From Macrostomum lignano (lineage: Eukaryota), in assembly GCA_002269645.1 (NCBI GenBank), contig NIVC01000618.1:62001-126000 (forward strand): 64,000 nucleotides of DNA, given 5' to 3'. Below the pieces are notes generated by a model. The model searched no databases. It saw nothing but the letters and a program-made list of their open reading frames with translations, and was not told where the DNA came from. The translations under genes and the position numbers were made by a program. Positions 24,676-36,789 of this stretch are shown piece after piece. Every line of letters starts with the position of its first letter. Positions within the stretch are counted from its first letter, which is position 1.

Positions 24676-26467
24676 CTTGTTGATAGTCAAGCTTCTTAAA
24701 CCTATTTCTTTTAAGCCATGCACTTTTTTTAGATTTTTACTAGGCTAGTCTACTAGGCTAGTTACTAACTAGGCTATATGTCATATTAGTTATATTGTTA
24801 TTGCTTATAAAAATAAAATATCTATAAATTAAGTAAACTTACCAAGAGATTTTTTAATCAATGAAATAAATATCCCATTGTTGTATTTAGCATTAGCAGC
24901 ATGTTTGGAGAAAAGACTGAGGGTAGACTCAGACAATGAAAGAAATGTGATAGCATTTAGAACTAGAAATGGAATTATTTTTAATATTCCAATCATCATT
25001 AGGCCTACTTAGCGTAATTTTTCTGTGCTTTACAGTTATGTATATAGTTTATTATATCCAAGTAAGTTTGGGCAAAGGAGGCCTTATATTTATTAGGAAT
25101 TTCTTTTCCATGTGCTAGGAGAGTTAGAGTATGTGTAGGCCCCTTTTGAGTTTCAACTTGAATGTTTTTCTGTTCAATAAAAAACAGAATGATTTTATTG
25201 TACAATATCTTGAGCAATATCGTTGCTATAACTATCTTTTATTACCTTCTTGATTAAGTCAAGCCAATATTCTACCTCAAGGATTTGATGACTTAGGTCT
25301 ATCTTAAAGGCCCTATAACTTATAAAAATAAAAATATGGATGACAGTCAATCCTCAAATAGCAGAAGTACCTGTCATCAGTTCGCAATATGAATGATAGC
25401 ACCGACCGTTAAATCCTATTGACTACGTACAGGTTCTATACTATTTTACCGATTGACGTTCACAAGTTCTGTTCCTAGTTTAAGTACTGTAACCATAAAC
25501 TATACTATATTGACTGGAACTGCCATGTTCCCAGAACAAAGAATTCTATCGTGTAGTTAAACTAGTGCGTTTATATTCTAAGAAACTAAAATTGATAAAC
25601 AAATTTATTTCCCATTATAAATCTTTTAGATACAGTACGTAAATACAAACATATAAATATTCGTTTTTTTAGTTTGTAACGCAAGGTTGTAGTCTACTAC
25701 TGAAAATTGAGTATACGAGTTCTTGGGGAGAAATCGCAATTGAAAACACTTCAAACTTTGTTCATTTGCATTCATTGCGATTGCATTTATTATGAATTTC
25801 GCTAGTGATGCTTAAATATGTATAAGAAGTATTAGAAAATATCCTCCCGTTTATTGATATTTCTTTGGCCGTTTAGAATGACTGCAGAGAACATTCTCTG
25901 CTGTCTGCTCTCAATTTGTTTTTGTCGGCCGAGCAGCCAAAGAAACAAATTATTCAAGTGTTTTGGCCATACCATAGTCCATATGGGGTACATGTATGTA
26001 ATGTTACGGAAATAAACGGATATACATGTATTTTATACTGCTCTTAACATTTTCTCGCTAAATCTCGTAAACTTTATGTCTTTCTTGTAAAATTTAGGCG
26101 GCAGGTTTTACGTCGTACCGAAAATATAATTTTCAACTACTTTGAAATATCGATTGTACATGTATTTATTGTTTTGGTAGGGGCGTACATGTATGAGGCA
26201 AGAAGACCAAAATGTTTTTCTTTTGGTACGACACTTGCATTTCTTAGTTTAGCTCTGTAGCTCTTGATACTGATCGTAGAGCTTTTTGTTTAGAAAATAA
26301 AACATTTGAAATTAGAATTACATCCCAAAACCCAAACATAATACATGTATGTGTATGCACGCGGTATGCACCATATGTACATAAAACATAAGAGAATTAT
26401 AATTGCGTCATGTAAAAATAAAAGAAGCTTCATGTCAAACGTACAAGAAGCGTCATTAAAAATGGTA

Positions 26468-26790
26468 TTGAGATATCAAGGCTTGAGTTGAATTGCTGAG
26501 AGATGACTAAGACAATTCCGATTTAGGGTGGAATTAATTACTGAGATTTCAAAGCTTACGGGGGAATTGGCTGAGATATCAAAGCTTCGGCGGAATTGCT
26601 GAGATCACGTCATGGATACTATATGGGGTGAATTGCTAAGAGATGGCAAGGCTTGGGGGGTTGCAGATCGAGATGTCAAAGAGGATTACGGGGGATTGCT
26701 GAGAGATGGCAAGGCTTTGGGGGGGATTGCTGCATGAGATGTCAAGGGCTTAACTGGGGGAATCGCTGCGAGATGTAAAGGCAAGATTCA
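26468..26790. repeat. Degenerate ~33-36-bp tandem repeat (gctgagat..caa(a/g)gctt..gggg aatt)
   Basis: About 8 diverged units. Confidence 0.6.
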
Positions 26791-27368
26791 CATAAATATA
26801 AATTTCCGTCCCAATTGCTTATTGGGACGCCGCAAAAAAAGGAGGGCACTGGATTAAAGAGATTTTAAAAATGTTACATGTACGTATCAGATTAAACATG
26901 CCTTTCGAGGGAGTTATTGTATAAATCACGAGGGCCTGAGGCCCGAGGGATTTATGAAAATAACTCCCGAAAAAAAAATGTGTAATCTCGTATAAACCAT
27001 AGACATAAAGACTTTACGGGATATTATTGAATATTACCGAATAAAATCCCGGAGAACGCAAATAGTCACGGAAAGTCTTTATTTCTATGGATTATATGTA
27101 GTTTTTATATTCTATGGTTAAAATTGTGCCAAAAATATTGAAATGACAGTAAGCTCGAGTCATACGGTTGTATTGTTCCCTTTTGTCTATGGTTTCCGGC
27201 ATTCATACTTGCGGTAACAATTTAATTGTTTGTCGGCTTTTTTCGATTGTTGCCGGATTTCAGACGAATGTATTTGGCTATCAAAACAAGGAACAACAAT
27301 AGCAACACGGCGAAAGTGTTTCATAGTCACAAAAAGTTCTTAAGAACAAACCGATCGAATCAATTGTT

Positions 27369-27880
27369 TTACTTTCCGTAAAAGTTGAATGTGCAGTTGT
27401 GGAACTGACCACCACAGAGGCTTCTCGGCAGGTCTTGGCCGCCCTCGGGTGCTTTCATCAGCTCGCCTCTATCAGACCCAGTTGTCACACTTTCGATGGT
27501 GGATTCCGCATCGTCGTCAATCTTGGTGACTTTGGACCCATAGGCAGCCAGACAAGCGCTCATTCGGGCCACACAGTCCATGTCTCGCCGCTTGTATACA
27601 TCCACTGAGCTCGAATTCTTGTGTCCCGTCATTAGTGTAATCGCTTGATTATCGAAACCGGCCTTGGCCAAACAGTTCACCTAAGTTTCAGCAGTTGGGT
27701 AAGACAGTATTCTTACAGTTTTACTGAAGTGAGTAGGCCATGCAATCTTTACTCACCGTGGTTACTCGCACACAATGGTTGGTGTACTTCCGCTGCAGAG
27801 CCAGAGTCCACATATTTCTCCGCCAGGAATGTTTGCGTAGCGAATCATAGCTACTTTTCCTATTTGCACTCCGAATAGGA
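27369..27880 (-). mobile_element. Crypton-type tyrosine recombinase C-terminal remnant with a 76-nt spliceosomal intron (27681-27756)
   Basis: Splicing gives QRKYTNHCVRVTT|VNCLAKAGFDNQAITLMTGHKNSSSVDVYKRR...FHNCTFNF, containing the H-x-x-R, TGH and catalytic Y positions of YR/DUF3504-like proteins. The upstream frame is shifted and truncated. Confidence 0.8.
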
Positions 27881-29372
27881 GAATTAATTCAAGCTCAAAA
27901 TCAACTTGAGAATTAACTCATGGCAGCCAGGCTAGCTGTCTTCACTGTCCTTTAAATTTGCCATAAACGATTAATTATCTCTACAACCCTTTCATTTAGA
28001 GAGCAACTAAATTTGCCATAGACGATTGATTATCTCTACAACCCTTTCAAAGCGCATTCCGGCAACAATCGCATTTCATACTCAGCATCCGCACTATGTC
28101 TGGGCCATAGACAAGGGAAGTCAAAAGGGTACAATAATGACATGTACCGATTTTTTTCGGCAGCAATTGCTCTACTAAGCTTCAGCCGCTACGCGGCTTC
28201 AGCTTACGCAACTGCTGCCGAAAAAAATCGGTATATATCGTTACATTATATTCATCTTTTTCATCATACTTCCCTAACTTGTACTTGAGTAGTCCTCGGC
28301 TCACTGTAGCATGTACACATGTAATTTTTATTCTTTAGTAACCCGTCGAACTTTTCACCCGGAATTTTTTCCGGAATTTTGTGATCCAGGCCCGATTTTT
28401 AATTGATTTCCGGGTGAACGCCCGGATCAGCTTTTTTGGCCCGGAACAGCCCCTTTTTCCGGAAAAAGATCCGGAAATATGATCTGGTAAAATTTCGGGA
28501 AAAGGAAAGCTGTTCCGGTTGGATTTTCCGGAATTTTTCACCCGGAACACTATGGAATTCTGGGTGTACACCCGAATTTCAGTAGTGTTCCAGGTGAAAA
28601 TGTTCCGGGTGAGATTTCGGGACTTCAGTCGGAATTCTCCAGTGATCCGGACCAAATGATCCGGAAAATTCACCCGGATCAGCTCCCTTGACCCGAATTT
28701 CAGCCAAATTCCGGGCGAAGCTGATCCGGGAAAATTTCGGGACTTGAGTCGGAATCAATCCGGCATCCATTATATAAGTTCCATGGGGATTTTGAGAGGA
28801 AGCCTCCGATGGAAAACCGCTGAATACAGACCCCAGCAAATGGCTATCCCATCAGGCAATCCCTGGCATCCATTTGGTCAACGGCGCTAATTCCTCTTGG
28901 AAAGCGAGGGGTAATAAAGCCTCGAAATTGCAATGTGAATTGATCTGCTTTTCGGCGGCTCTGTAGCGTCCGTAATGTGAGGCTGAGCCCATCCTCCGTA
29001 CAGGTGACAATTGAAAATTGCCCTGTTTGTGTGCGAGAGGTTTGACTTCCACTGGCATGTAGTCTATCGCAGCTGCTTAGTGTGTCAACGGTCTGAATGA
29101 TTCTATCGTCATATTTGACGCTTAGAAGCATAAAATCAGCCAACCATATTGTTTGGCACAGCTGGGTGTCTAGACGGAGACTGTGGCATGGTTCCAAATA
29201 GCTCTAACTGGCCCAGTATGCAAAGCAGCTTTCCTATTAAGATAGACGCTAATCCGATTTTTGTCGGTACATGCTTCCAGTGGTTTGTCTAAGGCGTTTG
29301 CAGTTGCACCAGCCGTGAGCAGATCACGTCTAGAGTAGTCTATACGGACTACTATGGTCGGTAACCATATCG

Positions 29373-29750
29373 TGTGGCTCAAGGCAGCTGATAAGCTGAC
29401 CTGCGATGGATAATCAATCCTCGCTTCTGTTGTGGCTCAAGGCAGCTGATAAGCTGACCTGCGATGGATAATCAATCCTCGCTTCTGTTGTGGCTCAAGG
29501 CAGCTGATAAGCTGACCTGCGATGGATAATCAATCCTCGCTTCTGTTGTGGCTCAAGGCAGCTGATAAGCTGACCTGCGATGGATAATCAATCCTCGCTT
29601 CTGTTGTGGCTCAAGGCAGCTGATAAGCTGACCTGCGATGGATAATCAATCCTCGCTTCTGTTGTGGCTCAAGGCAGCTGATAAGCTGACCTGCGATGGA
29701 TAATCAATCCTCGCTTCTGTTGTGGCTCAAGGCAGCTGCTAAGCTGACCT
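29373..29750. repeat. 58-bp tandem array (~6.5 units) inside the CACTA-like element
   Basis: gtggctcaaggcagctgataagctgacctgcgatggataatcaatcctcgcttctgtt units, period 58, no spacers. Confidence 0.92.
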
Positions 29751-30179
29751 GCGAGGGGTAATAAAGCCTCGCTTTGATGAGACAACTTATCTGCTTTACG
29801 GCGGCTCTGTAGCGTCCGTAATGTGAGGCTGAGCCCATCCTCCGTACAGGTGACAATTGAAAAATTGTTGCGCCCTGTTTGTGTGCGAGAGGTTTGACTT
29901 CCACTGGCATGTAGTCTATCACAGCTGCTTAGTGTGTCAACGGGCTGAATGATTCTATCGTCATATTTGACGCTTAGAAGCATAAAATCAGCCAACCATA
30001 TTGTTTGGCACAGCTGGGTGTCTAGACGGAGACTGTGGCATGGTTCCAAATAGCTCTAACTGGCCCAGTATGCAAAGCAGCTTTCCTATTAAGATAGACG
30101 CTAATCCGAATTTTGTCGGCGCATGCTCCATTGGTTTGTCTAAGGCGTTTGCAGTTGCACCAGCCGTGAGCAGATCACG

Positions 30180-30847
30180 TTGTCACGGCTGCTAACAAGA
30201 GTACCGGATCCCGGTATTCCGCCACTCTCTGGAAGGGGCCTTTGGATAGAAAGGCCCAAGCGATTGAAGCGACTGCTTTGGCGCGTGTGCCGTCGCAGCA
30301 ACCGCAGCCGTCACGATGCCCGTCATGCACCACAATGATGGATCAGATTCGGGCCCAAGGCGAAGCCGTGGACGAACTGTGTAAGTTTTTTATGCATATA
30401 CTAGAAGACGTTAGCAGCCTCGTATATATATGTGTTGTCGATTCTTAAGCTTGAATCTGCTTCGCCACTCTCCTCATTTTTATGTACTTAATAGGCCATC
30501 AATTGAGCGGAGTTCGTGAAAAGCTGTCGGAGGCTCAAGCCGAAAATCGTCAGATGAAAGCTGAAGTTCTTCGATTGGAAGCTATCTCCGCTACTAGCTC
30601 GTCGGAATCCGACACGACCGTGGCGAGAAGCCAGGCAGTGCTCTTTCAATCTCGGCCAGCCGCAGAGCGGCAAAAGAAGGCGGACCAGGTGAAGGCGCGA
30701 CGAATCGCCAGTGCTGCCGAAAATGAGGGGCCGACTTCTGGAAACATATATTTCCAGACGGCGAGCTACTCGAGGAGTGAAATGCGGGCGATGTCCAAGA
30801 TCGAGTGCATAACACCACCACCGCATTTATTTGCAATTAATTTCTAG
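30180..30847 (+). pseudogene. Spliced coiled-coil accessory ORF remnant inside the CACTA-like element
   Basis: Donor t|gtaagt (~30381) and acceptor ttaatag (~30493) join in frame: CPSCTTMMDQIRAQGEAVDELCHQLSGVREKLSEAQAENRQMKAEVLRLE. No start codon or complete 3' part found. Confidence 0.5.
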
Positions 30848-31489
30848 CTTTTTGTTAAGGCCAAATTTGCTGGATTCGATTTCATTAGAAACGCTCTTCG
30901 AGACATTGGCTGTCTACATTTATGAGCCCTGATAGGTCCTGGAAAATGAGACAAAAGTCGTTCCTTAATTTTTGTGGAGATCTTTACAATTCTTAAGCAA
31001 GTGAATAGACAAGTCAGCTGACTTGAGTTAACTAGCTAATTAGCTGTATAGCGAGTGACCCACCTGACAGATGCAATCAGAGGTAGGCGATGGGGATCCC
31101 TGAAGAGCAGCCAATGTCGCGATAAGGTATATAAAACCGTATACGGCTTCAAAAAAGTTAATGGTAGCATCGAAGTCCAGCTGCCCATCCGAGTGACATT
31201 CAGAAGGTCAGCATTTTTTGTTTCTGAAAGTACGTAGAAGTGCATAGAAATATACGATTTACAGTTGTGCACAACTGAATTCAGTATTTCTGTTTGTGGA
31301 CGGCTAAATCGAATTCGATTCAATTCGTAGTCGTGGAAAATGTATGGAACAATGACCCGTTCTTTATTTAATTTTCTGCTACTGTGATAAGCCCAAGATT
31401 TGGCTGCAAATCCGGTTCAATCATCCAGAATTCACCTGGATTCGTGTGCTAATCCGGTTCACTCTCCCGGAATTCGCCCAGATTTGTGT

Positions 31490-32150
31490 GCTAATCCGGT
31501 TCACTCTCCCGGAATTCGCCCGGATTTGTGTGCTGATCCGGTTCACTCGCCCGGAATTGTGTGCTGATCCGGTTCACTCGCCCGGAATTGTGTGCTGATC
31601 CTGTTCACTCGCCCGGAATTGCGTGCTGATCCGGTTCACTCGCCCGGAATTGTGTGCTGATCCGGTTCACTCGCCCGGAATGGTGTGCTGATCCGGTTCA
31701 CTCGCCCGGAATTGTGTGCTGATCCGGTTCACTCGCCCGGAATGGTGTGCTGATCCGGTTCACTCTCCCGGAATTCGCCCGGAATTGTGTGCTGATCCGG
31801 TTCACTCGCCCGGAATTGTGTGCTGATCCGGTTCACTCGCCCGGAATTGTGTGCTGATCCGGTTCACTCGCCCGGAATGGTGTGCTGATCCGGTTCACTC
31901 GCCCGGAATGGTGTGCTGATCCTGTTCACTCGCCCGGAATTGTGTGCTGATCCGGTTCACTCGCCCGGAATTGTGTGCTGATCCGGTTCACTCGCCCGGA
32001 ATGGTGTGCTGATCCTGTTCACTCGCCCGGAATTGTGTGCTGATCCGGTTCACTCGCCCGGAATTGTGTGCTGATCCGGTTCACTCGCCCGAAATTAGCC
32101 CGGATTTGTGTGCTGATCCGGTTCACTCGCCCAGAATTAGCCCGGATTCG
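31490..32150. repeat. 31-bp subterminal tandem array (ccggaattgtgtgctgatccggttcactcgc)
   Basis: Direct tandem periodicity within the right arm of the element. Confidence 0.92.
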
Positions 32151-33179
32151 GCTGCAGATCCGGTTCACTCGCCCGGAATTCGCCCGGAACTGTCACCGGC
32201 ATTTTTTTTGATCCGGGTCAATTTTCCGGAATTTTTCTTTTTGATCCGGAAAATTCGCCCGGATTCTGTAAACTTTCGTTACAGATCCGGAATTTCCACC
32301 CGGATCGGATTGCATTACTGGAATATGAAAAAATTCCGGGTGAAAAGTTCGACGGGAAAATAAATTTCATCGAACTACTCACAGTAGTAAATTTGAGCAT
32401 GCATACCCCTATATGTACAAGTTGTAAAATAAAAAAGTTACCGAGACTTTTTTAGAAGTCCTTGACTTGTTTACGTTTACACATTCGTTTATTTGCTCAT
32501 TGTATGAAAATAACTAAATAGTAAAAAATCAATGAAGAAAGCGAATGTCAAGTTTTTACAGAATGGAAATAATTTCTTTATATGGAAATCAGCTTAATTC
32601 AATGGGAAAGAGATGACATGTACCTATAGATCAGCAGGTGTAGTATTAAATTAAAGATTTAATTAAAATCCTGGTAGGGCATATGGAATTAAGCGAAAGC
32701 ATCAACACGTATTTAGCATTACAGGTATAAGAAAGGCGCATAATGATAAATGAAAGTTTTAAATTACTTTGTATTTCGACTGTTTAGTGCTGAGCTTAAA
32801 GTTTTAAGCTTTTTGGTTTTACAGATACGGCCGCTACAAGTAGCCGAAGTAAAATGATTTGAATTATTAGTTAGTTATATAGTGTATCAAGAGTAACAAA
32901 AAATCATTACACAATTTCGAAATTAGAAAGATGCGACTAAAAGCCCTACTTTTTCACTACAGCTGACTAAATTAATTGTAGCAAAGATGTGCAATATTTT
33001 ACGCGATTACAACAATCAAATAGTGCAAACAATCACCATAGTGAGAAAAATCGTCACAAAATCTCCCCTCCCGATCCAATCGCCAGTGTATTCAGTTCAG
33101 GCGTCAACATAAAACAATATAGCAATATTCCATGCTTCACTGAAATTGTGAACGCATCAATCTCAGCTTCGATTTAGAT

Positions 33180-33422
33180 TTAGCAGATGTGCATCTCAAC
33201 GAAGACCTCGCGTGACTTGAAGACACCCCAGGCGTTGTTCTTCGTAGCCTCAATCTCCGACTCGATGGCGACTTCCATGGGACTGTCGGCGCTGTAGCCG
33301 GAGTCCACGGTAGCATCCGACTGTCGCCGTTTGCGCTTCTCCTTCTGCTGGTAGTATGGCGACGTGTGCGGCTCCTGCAGCTTAGGGATCTCGACCATCT
33401 GGGGAACGCTAACGCAAGCCAT
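33180..33422 (-). CDS. Small uncharacterised ~80-aa protein (basic NLS-like KRKRR, DSGYSADS motif)
   Basis: ATG...TAA ORF with strong G/C-ending codon bias like the host exons, set within AT-rich flanks. No family recognised. Confidence 0.55.
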   Translation of the reverse strand: MACVSVPQMVEIPKLQEPHTSPYYQQKEKRKRRQSDATVDSGYSADSPMEVAIESEIEATKNNAWGVFKSREVFVEMHIC

Positions 33423-33965
33423 TAGTGTTGAACGTTGAGAAACTATGTGATAATACAAGTGCTAACGTCTGAAGCCTGAATCGGGAGGGGAGTAATTTGT
33501 GCGAATTTCAATCGTCAGGAACCACAGAACTTAGCTCGGGAGCACCTTCGCTTCTTTACTTGACTTGAAGAATTGTAAGCAAGAACAGAGAATTCGTAGT
33601 TGGTTGTCAGTTGACAGAAAATCACTGTGCGCATTCACAGTCTGCTGAGATAGAAAAAGAAAAAGGGGCTTAGATTAGCAATATCTTTGAACCACAGTTT
33701 TATATGCAAAAGCAATCGAAAAGGAGTGGCCAGGGTGAACGAAGCCCTGCCCTATAGCAGTCCAAAAGGTCGCGAAATGTACATTCACAGTAGAGCTTGT
33801 ACGGTAACTGCATAGGAATAGGGCATAACAGTACATTAGTCCTTGTAAAGAATGTAAGTGGAAAAATTTCGACCCCTGCTTGCATCGGTAAACGGCGTGA
33901 CGAAGTCCAAGGTCGATGCACGCTTCTTTAGGATTTTATAGTACGCGTGATCCTGCATTGGCAAC

Positions 33966-33985
33966 GCCTCCGTGGCGCAATAGGC

Positions 33986-34022
<37 letters not shown>

Positions 34023-34039
34023 GAGCCCACCCGGGGGCG
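33966..34039 (+). tRNA. trnN-GTT: tRNA-Asn (GTT)
   Basis: Acceptor stem GCCTCCG/CGGGGGC, anticodon loop CTGTTAA, A box (TGGCGCAATAGG), B box (GGTTCGAGCC), T5 Pol III terminator at ~34045. Confidence 0.97.
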
Positions 34040-34966
34040 TTCACTTTTTGACGGTGGATAATTTCTTTAGACTTACGCTTTTTATGCTAATTGTTATAGT
34101 TACACATACGCTTAAGAACAAGCTTCAAATTTACAGAAAGCACCAACTGTTTTTACTCTGTGATATGTTGTGTGTAGACAGAGACCGATATGTGTAGAAA
34201 GTTATTTTCTCCGTTCCAATAAATGTGAAAAGAGAAAGTATGCAACTAGTATGCAGATAGAAGTTTTACCTTTTCAGACGTTTTTATTTCAAAAAATTAC
34301 AAAATAATGCTCCTGATTTTTTATGTATGATAATTGGTAATAAAATAAATCTTTGTTTCATCTAAATCTACAAAAACGTTAGAAAGGTTTTGAGCCCCAT
34401 TTTTTAAATATGCAAAAGCAAACTACTGTAAGTAGACTTACTACCTTGTTTCATTTTATCGGAAGCGAAAAAATGGTGGTGCAAGCCATTTGAAATGCGC
34501 CGGATCACGCGGAGATAAAAGAATTGGAACTTGTATTCTGTCAGTATAAAATATAATTGCTTTAATAGCTTTAACTATAGCTTATTTATATACAATTAAT
34601 TAATATATAAATAAATCAAAGCTATATACGAAAGCTATATATGTGAAAGAAAAAAAAGATTTGTTCGCTTTCCTGAGTTTAACTAAAAACTTCCATCTCA
34701 CCCTGCCTTGCCCATTTGATTCTGGCTGAGAGATCACTTCAAGATTACTTAAAAAGTTATTTTGCACCACAATGCGCTACGCGTGCTTGGTCATTCGTGA
34801 CTGAGTAAAATGTATGCTTCACTCATCTACATGTAATTTTATTGAGTATATTATTTCAGATTGAACGCATTGAAATAATCATTAAAGAATCAAGCTGATT
34901 AAACCGAGGAAAATTAATACTCTGGACATTTTGGTACAGAAAATTTGGGTGATTAATGCTTTAAAC

Positions 34967-35357
34967 CAAGGGCGTCGCGCGCCATGGATTTTATGGTGGG
35001 GTGGGGAACAAAAAAGCCAAGCATTTTACATGTACATGACTAAATTCCTACATGCACATTATTTTGAGAGTCAGTGTTGTCAGCAGCGCTCATTTTAGCG
35101 TCGCAGGCGCTTATTTCGGCGCTGCAGGCACTCATTTTGTCGCTGCAGGCACTCATTTTGGCGCCACAAGCACTTATTTTAGCGCCGCATGTGCTATATT
35201 TTGTCGCCCTGAAAACAAAATTATTGATTTCCACAACGGGTCACAGGGTACGTGGGGTGGGGGGACAAAGCATTGGTATATCCCCAATAGCTTTTACTGG
35301 GGGGGGGGGGCATGTTCCCCAGCTGTTCCCCCTGTTCCCCCGGTGCCGACGCCCCTG
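34967..35357. mobile_element. hAT-like MITE with internal degenerate 21-bp repeats
   Basis: caagggcgtcg / cgacgcccctg termini. The TSD is only partly recognisable (ctttaaac vs tttaagc). Confidence 0.6.
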
Positions 35358-35419
35358 TTTTTTTAAGCGTTTGAGAAATATGAAACCGTTACAAGACACA
35401 AAAGTACGAGTATAGTGCG

Positions 35420-36780
35420 GCTAGAATCGCTTAATCATCTCAGATGATCGTCTCAGATGTTGTTCCCTTAGTCAGGTGAACTTCAGCCCACTTACTGAAC
35501 ACACCTGCAATTAGTAGTTTCCACTCTTCATGGGTCCTGCGTAGTCCATGTGAACTCTCGACCAGCACTGGGTCTCGTCTGGCCACGAAGTCCATTGTCG
35601 AGTTGTTCCGTGCACCTCGTTTATCTGCTACGAACTGCATCCTTCTGAGTAGTTTTCGATATGCCGATCTAATTCGGGTCACCAGACACATTGTCTAGCT
35701 GTGGATTTCATCTTCTCACGTCCGATGTGTCCTTCGTGTCCTTCGTGCAGCAGTCGCAGAGTTTTGGAACGCTCCAACTTTGCATGGTACAACCAGCCTA
35801 ATGCCTCTGTACAGCAATCCGTTCTCAATTACAACTCTCGTCCCTGATTTGGCTAAACTGCTGTAGTTGTCGAACTTAACTGAACAGCTTCCAGAGTTTT
35901 GAGTCCTCTTTTTGATTGCCTTCTCAAGTTCTCCTTGCTGATAGGAACACATCCAGTAGACAGTCCTGAGCTAATATCAACCTTCAGATGTATATTTGCT
36001 TAGTCTTAACAGCACGTGGGCAACATGAATCTCAGAGAATCTCCAGCACTCAAAGACATACTCGTAGCAAATCAGAGTGATTTGCTAGGATCGAAGATGA
36101 ACTTCAGTGACTAATGGTCCGCGTGGATGATGAATTTCTGGCCTAGCAAATACTCTTGTAAGTGGTTCTTAGCTGCAGGGCGGTCCGAAGACGCAGCGGG
36201 GAGGCGAGCGTCGCCCATTCCGCTATGTGTAAGTGGTTCACGGCCCATACGATAGCGAGAGTCTCACGCTCGATGTGAGTATAGTTTCGCTTTGCTGGTG
36301 TTAGAGTCTTTGAAATAAATATTGCTGGCCCAGTCTATTGCTCTAGAACTGCACCAAGTCCAGAGGGTGAAGCATCAGTTGTGAGAATGATTTTGTCGAT
36401 CGGATGGATCGAAAGGTTTGAGAGCGACTTGCGTTGTACAGCAGAGCCTCAATGCTTTTAAAAGCTCTTTGCTCGACAGATGTCCATTTCGTCTCTGTCC
36501 TGGCCAGTTTCGTCTGAAGTTACTTCAGGCTCGCGAGATTTTTGATACACCGCCAGGATTCCACCTTCCGGAGCTGTCCAACCTATTTCACTCTTTAATA
36601 CGGCTTTGATATCGTCCTGAATCCCTATGGAATTTGCCGAGGTTTACAAAAGATGGGCTTTGCTCTGGATTCAATAGCCAATGACGCAGAAAAAATTCTC
36701 ACTAGCACGTTGCTGTGGAGTTAAAATCGTCCTCTTCCGGCACTGAGCATTTTGTACGAATTTTGACTGCAATCCAGTCT
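35420..36780 (-). mobile_element. Degenerate Ty3/Gypsy pol fragment A (RT C-terminus, RNase H, integrase N-terminus)
   Basis: IILTTDASPSGLGAVL...ISKTLTPAKRNYTHIERETLAIVWAV; VIENGLLYRGIRLVVP; FSKWAEVHLTKGTTSETII. Many stops and frameshifts. Confidence 0.9.
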
Positions 36781-36789
36781 AGGCCAGCC

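Larger units (their letters stand above)
28342..32356. mobile_element. ~4.0 kb CACTA/CMC(EnSpm)-like non-autonomous element
   Basis: ~28-bp TIR cccgtcgaacttttcacccggaattttt at both ends. Flanks (t)aa / aa(a). CCGG-rich subterminal repeats at both ends. No DDE transposase recognised. Confidence 0.8.

Noticed and set aside
29373-29750. CRISPR-like appearance of the 58-bp array
   Set aside because: Units are contiguous with no unique spacers, the context is eukaryotic, and there are no cas genes.
28844-30049. Paralogous minus-strand ORFs MEPCHSLRLDTQ...
   Set aside because: They arise from the internal duplication of the transposon, start at alternative codons, and show no recognisable motifs.
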